From assembly GCA_964576535.1 (NCBI GenBank), contig CAZNWB010000002.1, positions 28,470 to 92,469 on the forward strand: 64,000 bases of DNA. Reading direction: 5' to 3'. How positions within the stretch are numbered: the stretch's first letter is position 1; every line of letters starts with the position of its first letter. The stretch is from an uncultured bacterium. Lineage in GTDB: Bacteria; Methylomirabilota; Methylomirabilia; Methylomirabilales; 2-02-FULL-66-22. Under the pieces are notes generated by a model, which was not told the origin of the DNA, did no database searches, and saw only the letters and a program-made list of their open reading frames with translations. Below, piece by piece: positions 55,298-63,447 of this stretch. The translations under genes were made by a program, and so were the position numbers.

Positions 55298-56260
55298 ATG
55301 TTACTACGGGTTTTCGGAAGAACTGGTCTCGAAGTCACTGCACTGGGTTACGGCGCCATGGAGATTCGGGGGCCGCGAATCTGGGGCGGCCGGTCGGTGA
55401 CCAACGCACAGGCGGAGGGCATCCTCAACGCCGTTTTGGATCAGGGGATTAACTTTATCGATACCGCCTATGATTACGGGAAGAGCGAGGACTACGTTGG
55501 TCGATTCCTCAGCCACCGGCGGAAGGAGTTCTATCTGGCGACCAAGTGCGGCTGTACCGTCGTACCCGCCGGAGATCACGACGAGACACCTCATGTCTGG
55601 ACTCGGAAAAACCTTCTCCGGAATATCGAGAATAGCCTGCGCCGCATGAGGACGGATTATGTGGACGTCTGGCAGCTCCACAATCCATCGGTCGAGCAGG
55701 TACGGGCAGGAGATCTCGTTAAGGTGATGGAGGAGGTTCGAGCCGCCGGGAAGGTGCGGTGGATCGGGGTCTCCTCAAGTTTGCCCGACATTATCCCGTT
55801 CATCGAGTGGGGAGTGTTTGGCAGCTTCCAGATCCCGTATTCGGGGCTCGAGCGCCGTCATGAGCAGGTGGTCACCGCCGCCGCACGCGCGGGGGCGGGG
55901 ACAATCATTCGCGGTGGGGTGGCCCGAGGAGCCCCCAGCCCGCAGCGCTGGATCCGCATTCTACTCGGACTCCGGCGGGGCGATCAGTGGGTAGTGTGGA
56001 AGAAGGCCGCGCTGGACGACCTGCGAGCGCCCGGAGAAAGTCGCACCGCCTTCCTTCTCCGTTTTACGCTCTCTCATCCCGATATGCATACAACCATCGT
56101 CGGAACCGTGAATCCCCACCATTTGGCTGAGAACGTGCGGGCGGCCGAGGCCGGCCCGCTGTCCCCTGACACGTATGCGGAGGCTAAGCGTCGGCTGGCC
56201 GCCGCGGGGGAGAACCCCGTCGAGTCCCGGCGCGATCTGTCATGCGCCCTGCCTCGGTAG
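55298..56260 (+). CDS. Aldo/keto reductase
   Basis: 'GRTGLEVTALGYGAMEIRG', 'GINFIDTAYDYGKSEDYVG', 'LATKCG' and 'DYVDVWQLHNP'. ATG 55298 is preferred over 55160. Confidence 0.85.
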   Translation: MLLRVFGRTGLEVTALGYGAMEIRGPRIWGGRSVTNAQAEGILNAVLDQGINFIDTAYDYGKSEDYVGRFLSHRRKEFYLATKCGCTVVPAGDHDETPHVWTRKNLLRNIENSLRRMRTDYVDVWQLHNPSVEQVRAGDLVKVMEEVRAAGKVRWIGVSSSLPDIIPFIEWGVFGSFQIPYSGLERRHEQVVTAAARAGAGTIIRGGVARGAPSPQRWIRILLGLRRGDQWVVWKKAALDDLRAPGESRTAFLLRFTLSHPDMHTTIVGTVNPHHLAENVRAAEAGPLSPDTYAEAKRRLAAAGENPVESRRDLSCALPR

Positions 56261-56467
56261 GCTTGGGCTAACATGTTCCCTCTAACGCCAGAGGCACGAG
56301 CCACATCGGCAAGCCGAATTCGCCCTTCCCCAATTCAGCCCCGGCCGGGCATGCTGTCGAGGTCCGCCAACTACTTGGAGGGGATGGCCAAGCACATGAA
56401 CCATGCTCGCGAACACCGACAAGGTGTGTCCCGTTGGATTCACTGCCTTCCCACGTGAACTGGAAAG

Positions 56468-56941
56468 GTGACGATGTTCCGCAGACCGCATAAACGAACG
56501 ATCCTGCTCGGGCTCGGACTGCTGGTAATCGGTGTGGCGATCGCCGCCGGGGTCTTGTGGTCTCCAGCGGCAAGGAAGGCCCGCCACCTCGAACGCGCCG
56601 ATCGGTATTTCAGCCAGGAGCAGTACCGGCAAGCTATCATCGAATACCGAAACGTCCTCCAGATCGAGGCGACCAACGCGCGATCTGTCCGGCAGCTTGG
56701 CCTTGCTCACTACCAGCTCGGTGAGATGGGGCACGCACTCCGTTATCTTGCGAGATCACAAGAACTCGGGCCAAACGACGTAGGGGTCAGGCTCAAGCTC
56801 GCGACGATCTATCTCCTCACCCGGCGGCCGGACAAGCAGCTCGCCGAGCATAAGGTTCCCCGGCGGATGGATATGAGCGACGAAATGCCACGTGGCGCCT
56901 TGGGGAAGATCAAACTCCGCGCCGAGGATCTCCGCATCTGA
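56468..56941 (+). pseudogene. Copy B: truncated duplicate of the PrsT-like TPR gene (first ~115 codons, then unrelated tail)
   Basis: 'RTILLGLGLLVIGVAIAAGVLWSPAARKARHLERADRYFSQEQYRQAIIEYRNVLQIEATNARSVRQLGLAHYQLGEMGHALRYLARSQELGPNDVGVRLKLATIYLLTR' aligns residue for residue with the gene at 63448. Nucleotide homology runs from about 56487 to 56850. Confidence 0.7.
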
Positions 56942-56988
56942 GCCGGGTAGCCGTCGAGCACGAAGTTCTGCGCATCCTGCGCCACAGC

Positions 56989-57933
56989 GTGCTGCTGGGC
57001 AGCGACCGGCCGGTCTCGCTGACAGAGCCGGTGGCGGATCTGGGCCTGGGATTGGACTCCTTGGGGCTGGTCGAATTCGTCGTCGCGTTGGAAAAGACCT
57101 TCCATGTCCAGTTCCCCGACACGGTTTGGACGCATCGGGAGCAGCTCACCGTCCAGAGTCTCGTCGATTTCATTCTCGCGTCCAATGCGGTGGCATCGCC
57201 CGTCGTCCAAGCACCCCCGCTGCTCCTTCTGGAAACGGGCCCAGCGGACGTTTCCAAGTGGGCCAAGCTAGTCCTGGCGGTTCGCGAACGCGGTGTCTGG
57301 CGCGGCCTGCTCTGGGCTGCCTCCCGCTTTTTCGCACGCGTGCTGCGTCTTGTCTATGAACGCCAGACTTACTTCATTGTGGAATTTGATCTGTCCAGGC
57401 AGCCGCTCCGTGAGTATGCGGCCCCGGAGGGGGTCGTGTTGCGCGAGCTGACGGCTGCGGACGCCGGCGCCCTCCAAGATTTCTGGAACAAGGAACCCGA
57501 CAAGTCCGAAATGGGAAGCTTTCGAGAGCGCCCAGACGGCGACTATATCCGGCTCGGTGCTTGGAGTGGGGGCGAGTTGGTCGGTATCGATTGGCTTTCG
57601 GGGGCGGGCCACGATGCGCACAAGATACGCCTGAGAATCAGGACACGTCCCGGATCTTGCTGGGGCCAGGGCTTATATGAGGGGAAGATGTATCAGGGGA
57701 AGGGAGTGGGCCTGGCTTTGCTGGCACGTTCATTAACCGAAGCTCAGCGGCGCGGCTACGAGAGGCAGGTCACGTACGTCGCCGCCACGAACGCGAGAAT
57801 GCTCAGCGCGACCATCCATTTGCTCGGCTTCAAGAAGATCGGACACATCCAGACCACGTGGATTCTCCGTCGGCCTTATTCGTCCTGGCAGGTCGGAGAG
57901 GAATCCGGTCGCGGCGGAACGGTGGTCGTCTAG
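56989..57933 (+). CDS. Carrier-protein (PP-binding) - GNAT acyltransferase fusion
   Basis: N-terminus 'PVADLGLGLDSLGLVEFVVALEKTF' (Ser attachment). C-terminus 'GKGVGLALLARSLTEAQRRGYERQVTYVAATNARMLSATIHLLGFKKIG'. The first canonical start is GTG 56989, although the carrier-like frame is open from 56854. Confidence 0.65.
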   Translation: MLLGSDRPVSLTEPVADLGLGLDSLGLVEFVVALEKTFHVQFPDTVWTHREQLTVQSLVDFILASNAVASPVVQAPPLLLLETGPADVSKWAKLVLAVRERGVWRGLLWAASRFFARVLRLVYERQTYFIVEFDLSRQPLREYAAPEGVVLRELTAADAGALQDFWNKEPDKSEMGSFRERPDGDYIRLGAWSGGELVGIDWLSGAGHDAHKIRLRIRTRPGSCWGQGLYEGKMYQGKGVGLALLARSLTEAQRRGYERQVTYVAATNARMLSATIHLLGFKKIGHIQTTWILRRPYSSWQVGEESGRGGTVVV

Positions 57934-57980
57934 TGTCGGGAGGGCCGGGCTTTCCCAGCCTTTTTGCCAAGGGAATCCTC

Positions 57981-59489
57981 ATGGACAGCCGGCGCTTTGA
58001 AACATCTGGCGCGCTATGGCGGCTTTTTCATGCGCGGGCGCGGTCGTGGTGGGAACGATTAGCCCTATCGACCACGCGGGGAGAGATGACATTCCGGGAC
58101 CTCTTTGTGACCGCCGAGAAAGTGGCCGCCGCGTTAGGACGAAGCGGCGTCCACGAAGGCAGTGTGATGGGACTCGTGTTGCCGAACTCCCTGGCTTTCG
58201 TCCCGGCGTTCCTCGCCCTCTGCAAGCTGGACGCCACCGTGGCGATGATTTCGCCCAAGTACGGCGCCGGTGAACTGCACGCCATCCGCAACGGCGTACG
58301 ACCGGACGGCTTCCTGACCACCACCGCGCTCGCGACAGCACCACCTTACAACGGCTGTGGCTCCGGCGCTGCGGTGATCGGTGCCGCGGCGGGGGAAGAA
58401 CTGGCCCTGGTGGTTTCTCCTCCGGGCGCCGAGGCGCCCCCCACGACCGGGGTGCTCGAGGATACCGCGGTTATCAAGTTCTCTTCCGGGTCCACGGGCG
58501 TGCCCAAAGGCATCGCGCTGACCGCGGCGAACCTCATGGCCGAGGCCCGCAACGTGGCGGCCACCCTCGCCCTTACGCCCGAAGACCGCATCTTGGCGGG
58601 CGTTCCTCTGTTTCATTCCTATGGGTTCGATCTCGGCGTACTGGCGATGCTGGTCTCGGGCACGCCCCTGCTCCTGCGGGAGTCCTTCGTGCCGCGCCGT
58701 GTTCTCGCGGATCTGTCCGCCCAGAGGGTCACGGTCTTCCTGGGCGTACCCGCCATCTACCGCACCCTGGTGGACACCCCCCTTGCTTCCGTGCCGGATT
58801 TGTTCCACGTCCGCTACCTGATGTCATGCACGGCCCCCTTGTCGCCTGAGCTGATTTCGGCGTTTCACCAGAGATTCCGCGTGCCGATCTGCCAGCATTA
58901 CGGCTCGTCGGAGACCGGCGGCGTAACCACCCACGTTCCGGCCGAGGTGCTACGGCGTCCCACCTCGGTCGGCTTGCCGATGAACGGCGTCGAGGTGGAA
59001 GTGGTGAACGAGAAAGGGGAAGCGCTGGCGCCCGGCATGGAAGGCGAAGTCGTCGTCAGAAGCGCGGCCGTCGCCCGGGGCTATCTCATGGGGATGCCGG
59101 TGGGCGATTCGCCGTTCAGGAGAGGCGCCTATTGGACCGGCGATCTCGGGGTCATCGATGACGAGGGGTTTCTCCATCTGCGCGGGCGCCGGGACACCAT
59201 CATCAACGTCGGAGGATTGAAAGTATCGCCGCAGGAGGTGGTGCAAGTGCTGGAGGCCTTTCCGGCGGTCCGGGAGGCAGCCGTCGTCGGCCTCAGGAAT
59301 GCCATGGGTGAGGAGCTGGTCTACGCGGTCGTTACGCTACGCGGTGTCGCGACCGAGGCGGAGATCCTGGCCTTCTGCCGCACCCGGCTCGCAGATTACA
59401 AGGTTCCCCGGCGCATCGAGATTCGCGCCGAGATGCCACGCACCCCGTCGGGGAAGATCACGTTGCGCCCCGAGCATATTTCCCCATGA
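57981..59489 (+). CDS. AMP-dependent synthetase/ligase (aryl/acyl-carrier ligase type)
   Basis: 'AVIKFSSGSTGVPKGIALT', 'QHYGSSETGG', 'YWTGDLGVIDDEGFLHLRGRRDTIINVGGLKVSPQEV' and 'MPRTPSGKI'. An alternative GTG start at 57933 overlaps the upstream stop. Confidence 0.8.
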   Translation: MDSRRFETSGALWRLFHARARSWWERLALSTTRGEMTFRDLFVTAEKVAAALGRSGVHEGSVMGLVLPNSLAFVPAFLALCKLDATVAMISPKYGAGELHAIRNGVRPDGFLTTTALATAPPYNGCGSGAAVIGAAAGEELALVVSPPGAEAPPTTGVLEDTAVIKFSSGSTGVPKGIALTAANLMAEARNVAATLALTPEDRILAGVPLFHSYGFDLGVLAMLVSGTPLLLRESFVPRRVLADLSAQRVTVFLGVPAIYRTLVDTPLASVPDLFHVRYLMSCTAPLSPELISAFHQRFRVPICQHYGSSETGGVTTHVPAEVLRRPTSVGLPMNGVEVEVVNEKGEALAPGMEGEVVVRSAAVARGYLMGMPVGDSPFRRGAYWTGDLGVIDDEGFLHLRGRRDTIINVGGLKVSPQEVVQVLEAFPAVREAAVVGLRNAMGEELVYAVVTLRGVATEAEILAFCRTRLADYKVPRRIEIRAEMPRTPSGKITLRPEHISP

Positions 59490-59798
59490 ACAGGGACAAC
59501 GTGGAAAGAGAAGTCGTCCGATGCCTGCGCCAGATTGGCGCGTGGACTTGAGCCGGCTCGCGTTTTGCCTGGCCGAAGCGGGGAGGCGTGGCTACCTCAC
59601 CCAGTTCACGATAGTTCGGGCGACGAGTGTGAGGAGGGTATTTCGCAGCCCTTCGTCGACGTGGCGGATCGGCGACCGCTCCGGGCGGGGCAGGGTCGTG
59701 CTGCTCTAGCTCCAAGCGACGGCCGAGCGACGCGACGCGCGCGCTGGGCTATTTTTGAAATGACGCACATTCATGCAGGTAGATGAGAGGGAGGGAAG

Positions 59799-61604
59799 AT
59801 GATGCCTACAAACCAGGAACTCGAGATTGGTGGATCACCCTTGACGATCGAGCAGGCAGACCAGGAATTGGAGATTGGTGGATCACCCTTGACGATCGAG
59901 CAGGTCTTGGCGGTCGCAGACAACCGAGACATCCGCATACGGTTGGCGGATCCGTCGCGGGCGCGCATGACCAGAACGTACCGCTATGTCAAGGACACCG
60001 TTGAAGACTTTCTGCGGCTGTCCGCGGCCGGGAAGCTCGCGTCGCGGGATCGCCTGATCTATGGCGTGAACACGTCATTCGGCGCCTTGAAAGACATCAC
60101 CATGACCACGAGCGAGCAGGCGCGACGCCTGCAACAGAATATCGTGGCTAGCCATGCGGCCGGCGTGGGTAGTGCATTCGAAATCCCGATCATTCGCGCC
60201 GCGATGCTGTTGCAGGCCCATGCCCTGGCCAGCGGCCGTTCCGGGGTCCGCTACGGCGTCGTCGAGCGGCTGGTCGCGCTTCTGAATCGCGGCATCCATC
60301 CCCTCGTTCCTGAACAGGGCTCGGTCGGCGCCAGCGGAGATCTGGTGCCCCTGGCGCATGCCGCGCTGGTTTTGATCGGGAAAGGACGAGCCCAGCATCG
60401 GGGCGCGCTCTACGAGGGGACCGAGGTCGAAGCGCTGCTGCGTGACGCAGGCATATGCGATCTTGAGTGGAAGGATCTAAAGCTCGACTACAAAGAAGGA
60501 CTCGCGCTGGTCAATGGCACCTACACCTCGACCGCCCTTGCCCTCCTCGCCTACCGCCAAGCGGAGACGCTGGTCAAGCATGCCGATATCGCGGCTTGCA
60601 TGAGCCTGGAGGCCACGCTGGGTCATACGCGAGCCTTCGACCGGGTCGTGCACGAGACGCGGCCGCACCAGGGGATGAAAGACTGCGCCGAGAATTTTCG
60701 TACGCTCTTCTCGGTCAGGGACCCTCATACCGGCGAGCCGAGGCTCTCGAGCGAGTTGCTCAACAGGAGCGCGCACGTGCATGATTGCTATTCGCTACGC
60801 TGCTCCCCCCAAGTCCATGGCACGGTGCGGGACGCGCTACGCTTCGTGAGGGAAACCCTCGCGGTCGAGATCAATGCGATCACCGATGATCCCATATTTT
60901 TCAACCCAGAGGAGCTGGACGGCAGCGACATGAAGCCGGTCGACGGCAGGACGGACAAGCTCCATTTCGAGGAGGGCAGCATGCACGGACAACCCGTTGC
61001 GCTGGCCATGGACGTACTCGGCATCGCCCTCACGACCATCGGCGTCATTTCCGAGCGGCGAGTGCAGATGTTGTTGGACAAGAATCACAACGAAGGCCTG
61101 CCGGCGCAGCTCGTCAATAACGACAGCGGCACGAACTCCGGGCTGATGATCGCCCAGTACACGGCCGCGGCCCTCGTGGCGGAGAGCAAGACGCTTTCCC
61201 ACCCGGCTTCGAACGAATCCATTCCGACGTCGGGGAATTACGAGGATCACGTGAGCATGGCCCCGATCGGGGGCCGGAAGGCTCGCACCATCGGCAGGAA
61301 CGTGCAGAACATTCTGGCCATTGAGTTCCTGTGCGCGGTACACGCCTTATGCTTCAGAACCGGAGTGTTGAGTTCGCCACGATCACCGAACGCCGACGGC
61401 GGGGATCACGCGCCAGACGGGCGGATTAGAGGGAGGCCGGCGCCCGGAAGCCTGGCCGCGGTGGAGGCGATACGTCCCGTCATTCGGATGGTTGACTGCA
61501 ACGACGAAGAGTTGCACGGAAGCATAGCCGCGATTGCCGGGATGATTGGCGACAGGACCATAGCGACGGCTGTCGAGCGGGCTATAGGCACGGTGTTGCT
61601 ATAA
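59799..61604 (+). CDS. MIO-dependent aromatic-amino-acid ammonia-lyase family enzyme, histidine ammonia-lyase type
   Basis: RBS 'GAGGGAGGGAAG' upstream. 'YGVNTSFG', 'NIVASHAAGVG', 'GSVGASGDLVPLAHAALVLIGKG' (Ala-Ser-Gly MIO triad) and 'CYSLRCSPQVHG'. At 601 aa it is longer than my recollection of typical HutH (about 510 aa). Confidence 0.85.
   Translation: MMPTNQELEIGGSPLTIEQADQELEIGGSPLTIEQVLAVADNRDIRIRLADPSRARMTRTYRYVKDTVEDFLRLSAAGKLASRDRLIYGVNTSFGALKDITMTTSEQARRLQQNIVASHAAGVGSAFEIPIIRAAMLLQAHALASGRSGVRYGVVERLVALLNRGIHPLVPEQGSVGASGDLVPLAHAALVLIGKGRAQHRGALYEGTEVEALLRDAGICDLEWKDLKLDYKEGLALVNGTYTSTALALLAYRQAETLVKHADIAACMSLEATLGHTRAFDRVVHETRPHQGMKDCAENFRTLFSVRDPHTGEPRLSSELLNRSAHVHDCYSLRCSPQVHGTVRDALRFVRETLAVEINAITDDPIFFNPEELDGSDMKPVDGRTDKLHFEEGSMHGQPVALAMDVLGIALTTIGVISERRVQMLLDKNHNEGLPAQLVNNDSGTNSGLMIAQYTAAALVAESKTLSHPASNESIPTSGNYEDHVSMAPIGGRKARTIGRNVQNILAIEFLCAVHALCFRTGVLSSPRSPNADGGDHAPDGRIRGRPAPGSLAAVEAIRPVIRMVDCNDEELHGSIAAIAGMIGDRTIATAVERAIGTVLL
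59813..59908 (+). repeat. In-frame 48-bp tandem duplication (2 copies) inside the ammonia-lyase N-terminus
   Basis: 59813-59856 versus 59861-59904 is 42/44 identical. It encodes 'QELEIGGSPLTIEQAD' followed by 'QELEIGGSPLTIEQVL'. Confidence 0.9.
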
Positions 61605-61924
61605 CTGTTCCACGGCGCCTCGCGATATCGCAGTTACAGTCGGTTTTCGGGCCGGAGAGTGTATTCCTGGAGTTGACTCCCACCACTCTGTGCCGTACGC
61701 ATCAGGCGCACAAGCGCGCGGTGAGATGCCGCGCTCGCGGTACTCACACCTACATAGGATCTACAGTGGTGCAGATTCTCCACCCGTGTAAGTGCGGTCT
61801 CTGACCGCAAGCTTTCCTCTCGTGAGCCTGCCACGCGGGATCATCGCTAGACAGACGTTGGTCAGTTGCGCGAATGCTTTAAACGGGCGCGCGGCTCACT
61901 CAGCAGCGTAAGAGGGAGGAGAAA

Positions 61925-62608
61925 ATGGGTCCATATCGGAAATCCCGGTTTAGCAGCAAACGGTGGCGTGCGCGGGCGCTGCGGTGGCGATGCTGGCTCG
62001 ACCGGCCCTTCGAGCACCTCCTGAACGTCCGGACGCCCCCCGACCTCGGGCCGGGCGGGAAGCGCGGCAGCCTCGGTGACGGCACCTGTCATGTGCCGTT
62101 CCCCTATCTGATGCTCCCATACCTGATGTCGCCGCTGCGGATCTCCGCGACGGATGTCGTGTTCGACGTGGGAGCTGGGGCCGGCCGCGTCGTGTGCTAC
62201 CTGGCCCGGCGCCCCATCCGGAAAGTCGTCGGAGTGGAGCTCATGCCGGACCTAGCCGAGCGCGCGTCGAGAAACCTCGCGACCCTCCGCGGTCGGCGCG
62301 CGGAGACCGAGATCATCTGCACCGACGCCGCGCTGGCGGACTACTCCGGAGGCACAGTGTACACGTTCTACTACCCTTTCGGTCCGGAGACCCTCGAGGC
62401 GGTACTAGGACGCATCCGTTCCTCGCTCACCGACGGCCGGACCATCCGTCTGGCGTTTTTCGACGTAGAAGAGGAGCACCGAGAGGTCCTCGCCTCCTGT
62501 GGCTGGCTCTGGTGTTACGCGCGTCGCGAGCCGCCGTTCTACATGACGAACGGTGCGTACTGGACGAGCTCGCCGTCTCCCGACCAAGCCCGTCTGGGAG
62601 TCCGTTGA
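61925..62608 (+). CDS. Class I SAM-dependent methyltransferase
   Basis: RBS 'AGGGAGGAG' upstream. 'VVFDVGAGAGRVVCYLARRPIRKVVGVELMPDLAERA' is the GxGxG motif I plus acidic motif II. Confidence 0.7.
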   Translation: MGPYRKSRFSSKRWRARALRWRCWLDRPFEHLLNVRTPPDLGPGGKRGSLGDGTCHVPFPYLMLPYLMSPLRISATDVVFDVGAGAGRVVCYLARRPIRKVVGVELMPDLAERASRNLATLRGRRAETEIICTDAALADYSGGTVYTFYYPFGPETLEAVLGRIRSSLTDGRTIRLAFFDVEEEHREVLASCGWLWCYARREPPFYMTNGAYWTSSPSPDQARLGVR

Positions 62609-62820
62609 GCCGCTCGGCGCGTCTGCGCCTGGCCACCCGCCGGACCTGGGCGCGCCTGATCCGCAAGATCTACGAGGCGGACCCCCTCCTCTGTCCCTGG
62701 TGCGGCGCCACGATGAAGGTCATTGCCGTGATCGAGGATGAGGAGGTTATCTACCGAATCCTGGCCCACCTGCACCTGCTGGCTCCAGGGGACGGCCCAC
62801 CGCCCCCACCCACGGAAGTC
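62605..62820 (+). mobile_element. IS91-family transposase C-terminal fragment
   Basis: 'TWARLIRKIYEADPLLCPWCGATMKVIAVIEDEEVIYRILAHLHLL' parallels the IS91 tail 'LLKRVFE.DPL.CP.CGG.MRIIA.IED..VI.KIL.HLGL'. No catalytic domain lies upstream. Confidence 0.65.
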
Positions 62821-63051
62821 GGCTCCGGCGCCCCAGCCAGTGGTGGACCCCGGGAGCTGATCCGGTCTACGACGACCTCGCCTGGGCCGAACCCGCTTGA
62901 CCCCTTTGTCTGCCACCCCGCCGACGGACCAGGGAAGGCTGCCATCTGCCCGATGGCCTGTATCAGGGAGTGACTGGATGATGGACTCTGTGGCTCTCTC
63001 CTGGACGGAACGTCAGGCCCCGGCCACGCCGGCCACGCCCGAGAATGGCCT

Positions 63052-63375
63052 TTAAAGGCCTAGCTTGGTTTTTACTTGCTCGACAAAGCGGTCCTTCACC
63101 TGAGACGAGGTGTCGACGTAGTGCTCCGCGGCAATCTCGGATTTCGCGCGCGAAATCTCAATCGCCAACCCCAAGAGACCCCCATCTATCCCTGGGCTGT
63201 CGGTGCAGTTTCGGGGCAAGGCGCTACACCGCCGCATGCGTGAAGCCACCGCACGATTCGTCGACTTCTGGAACCGTCCATCACTGAAAACCCAATGGCG
63301 CCTGGGCAAGAGGAAGGTATAGACCATAGTAACGGTGCGCTTCCCGTGGATGAAGGGCAAGTGGTGCCGCGCCAT
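63052..63375 (-). pseudogene. Possible degenerate tyrosine-recombinase (integrase) C-terminal remnant
   Basis: 'FQKSTNRAVASRM...GLLGLAIEISRAKSEIAAEHYVDTSSQVKDRFVEQV' loosely parallels 'FHDLRHTFASRL...ELLGH.SI.MT.RY.H.S...L..AV'. The catalytic residues are not all conserved. Confidence 0.3.
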
Positions 63376-63447
63376 CGGATCGCGTCGAACCCTGACTGCT
63401 GAGGCTGCCGGACGGCCTCACGGGCGCTGGCGACTAGGGAGGAGTTG

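Noticed and set aside
59813-59908. 48-bp direct repeats considered as a CRISPR array or minisatellite
   Set aside because: There are only two contiguous copies with no spacer. They lie in frame inside a conserved enzyme N-terminus, and no cas genes are present. This is a coding tandem duplication.
61605-61924. 320-bp intergenic region between the lyase and the methyltransferase, checked for a tRNA or small RNA
   Set aside because: I could find no cloverleaf-compatible stems or conserved T-loop (GTTCGAATC-like) by eye. The minus-strand ORF 61634-61834 has no features. Left unannotated.
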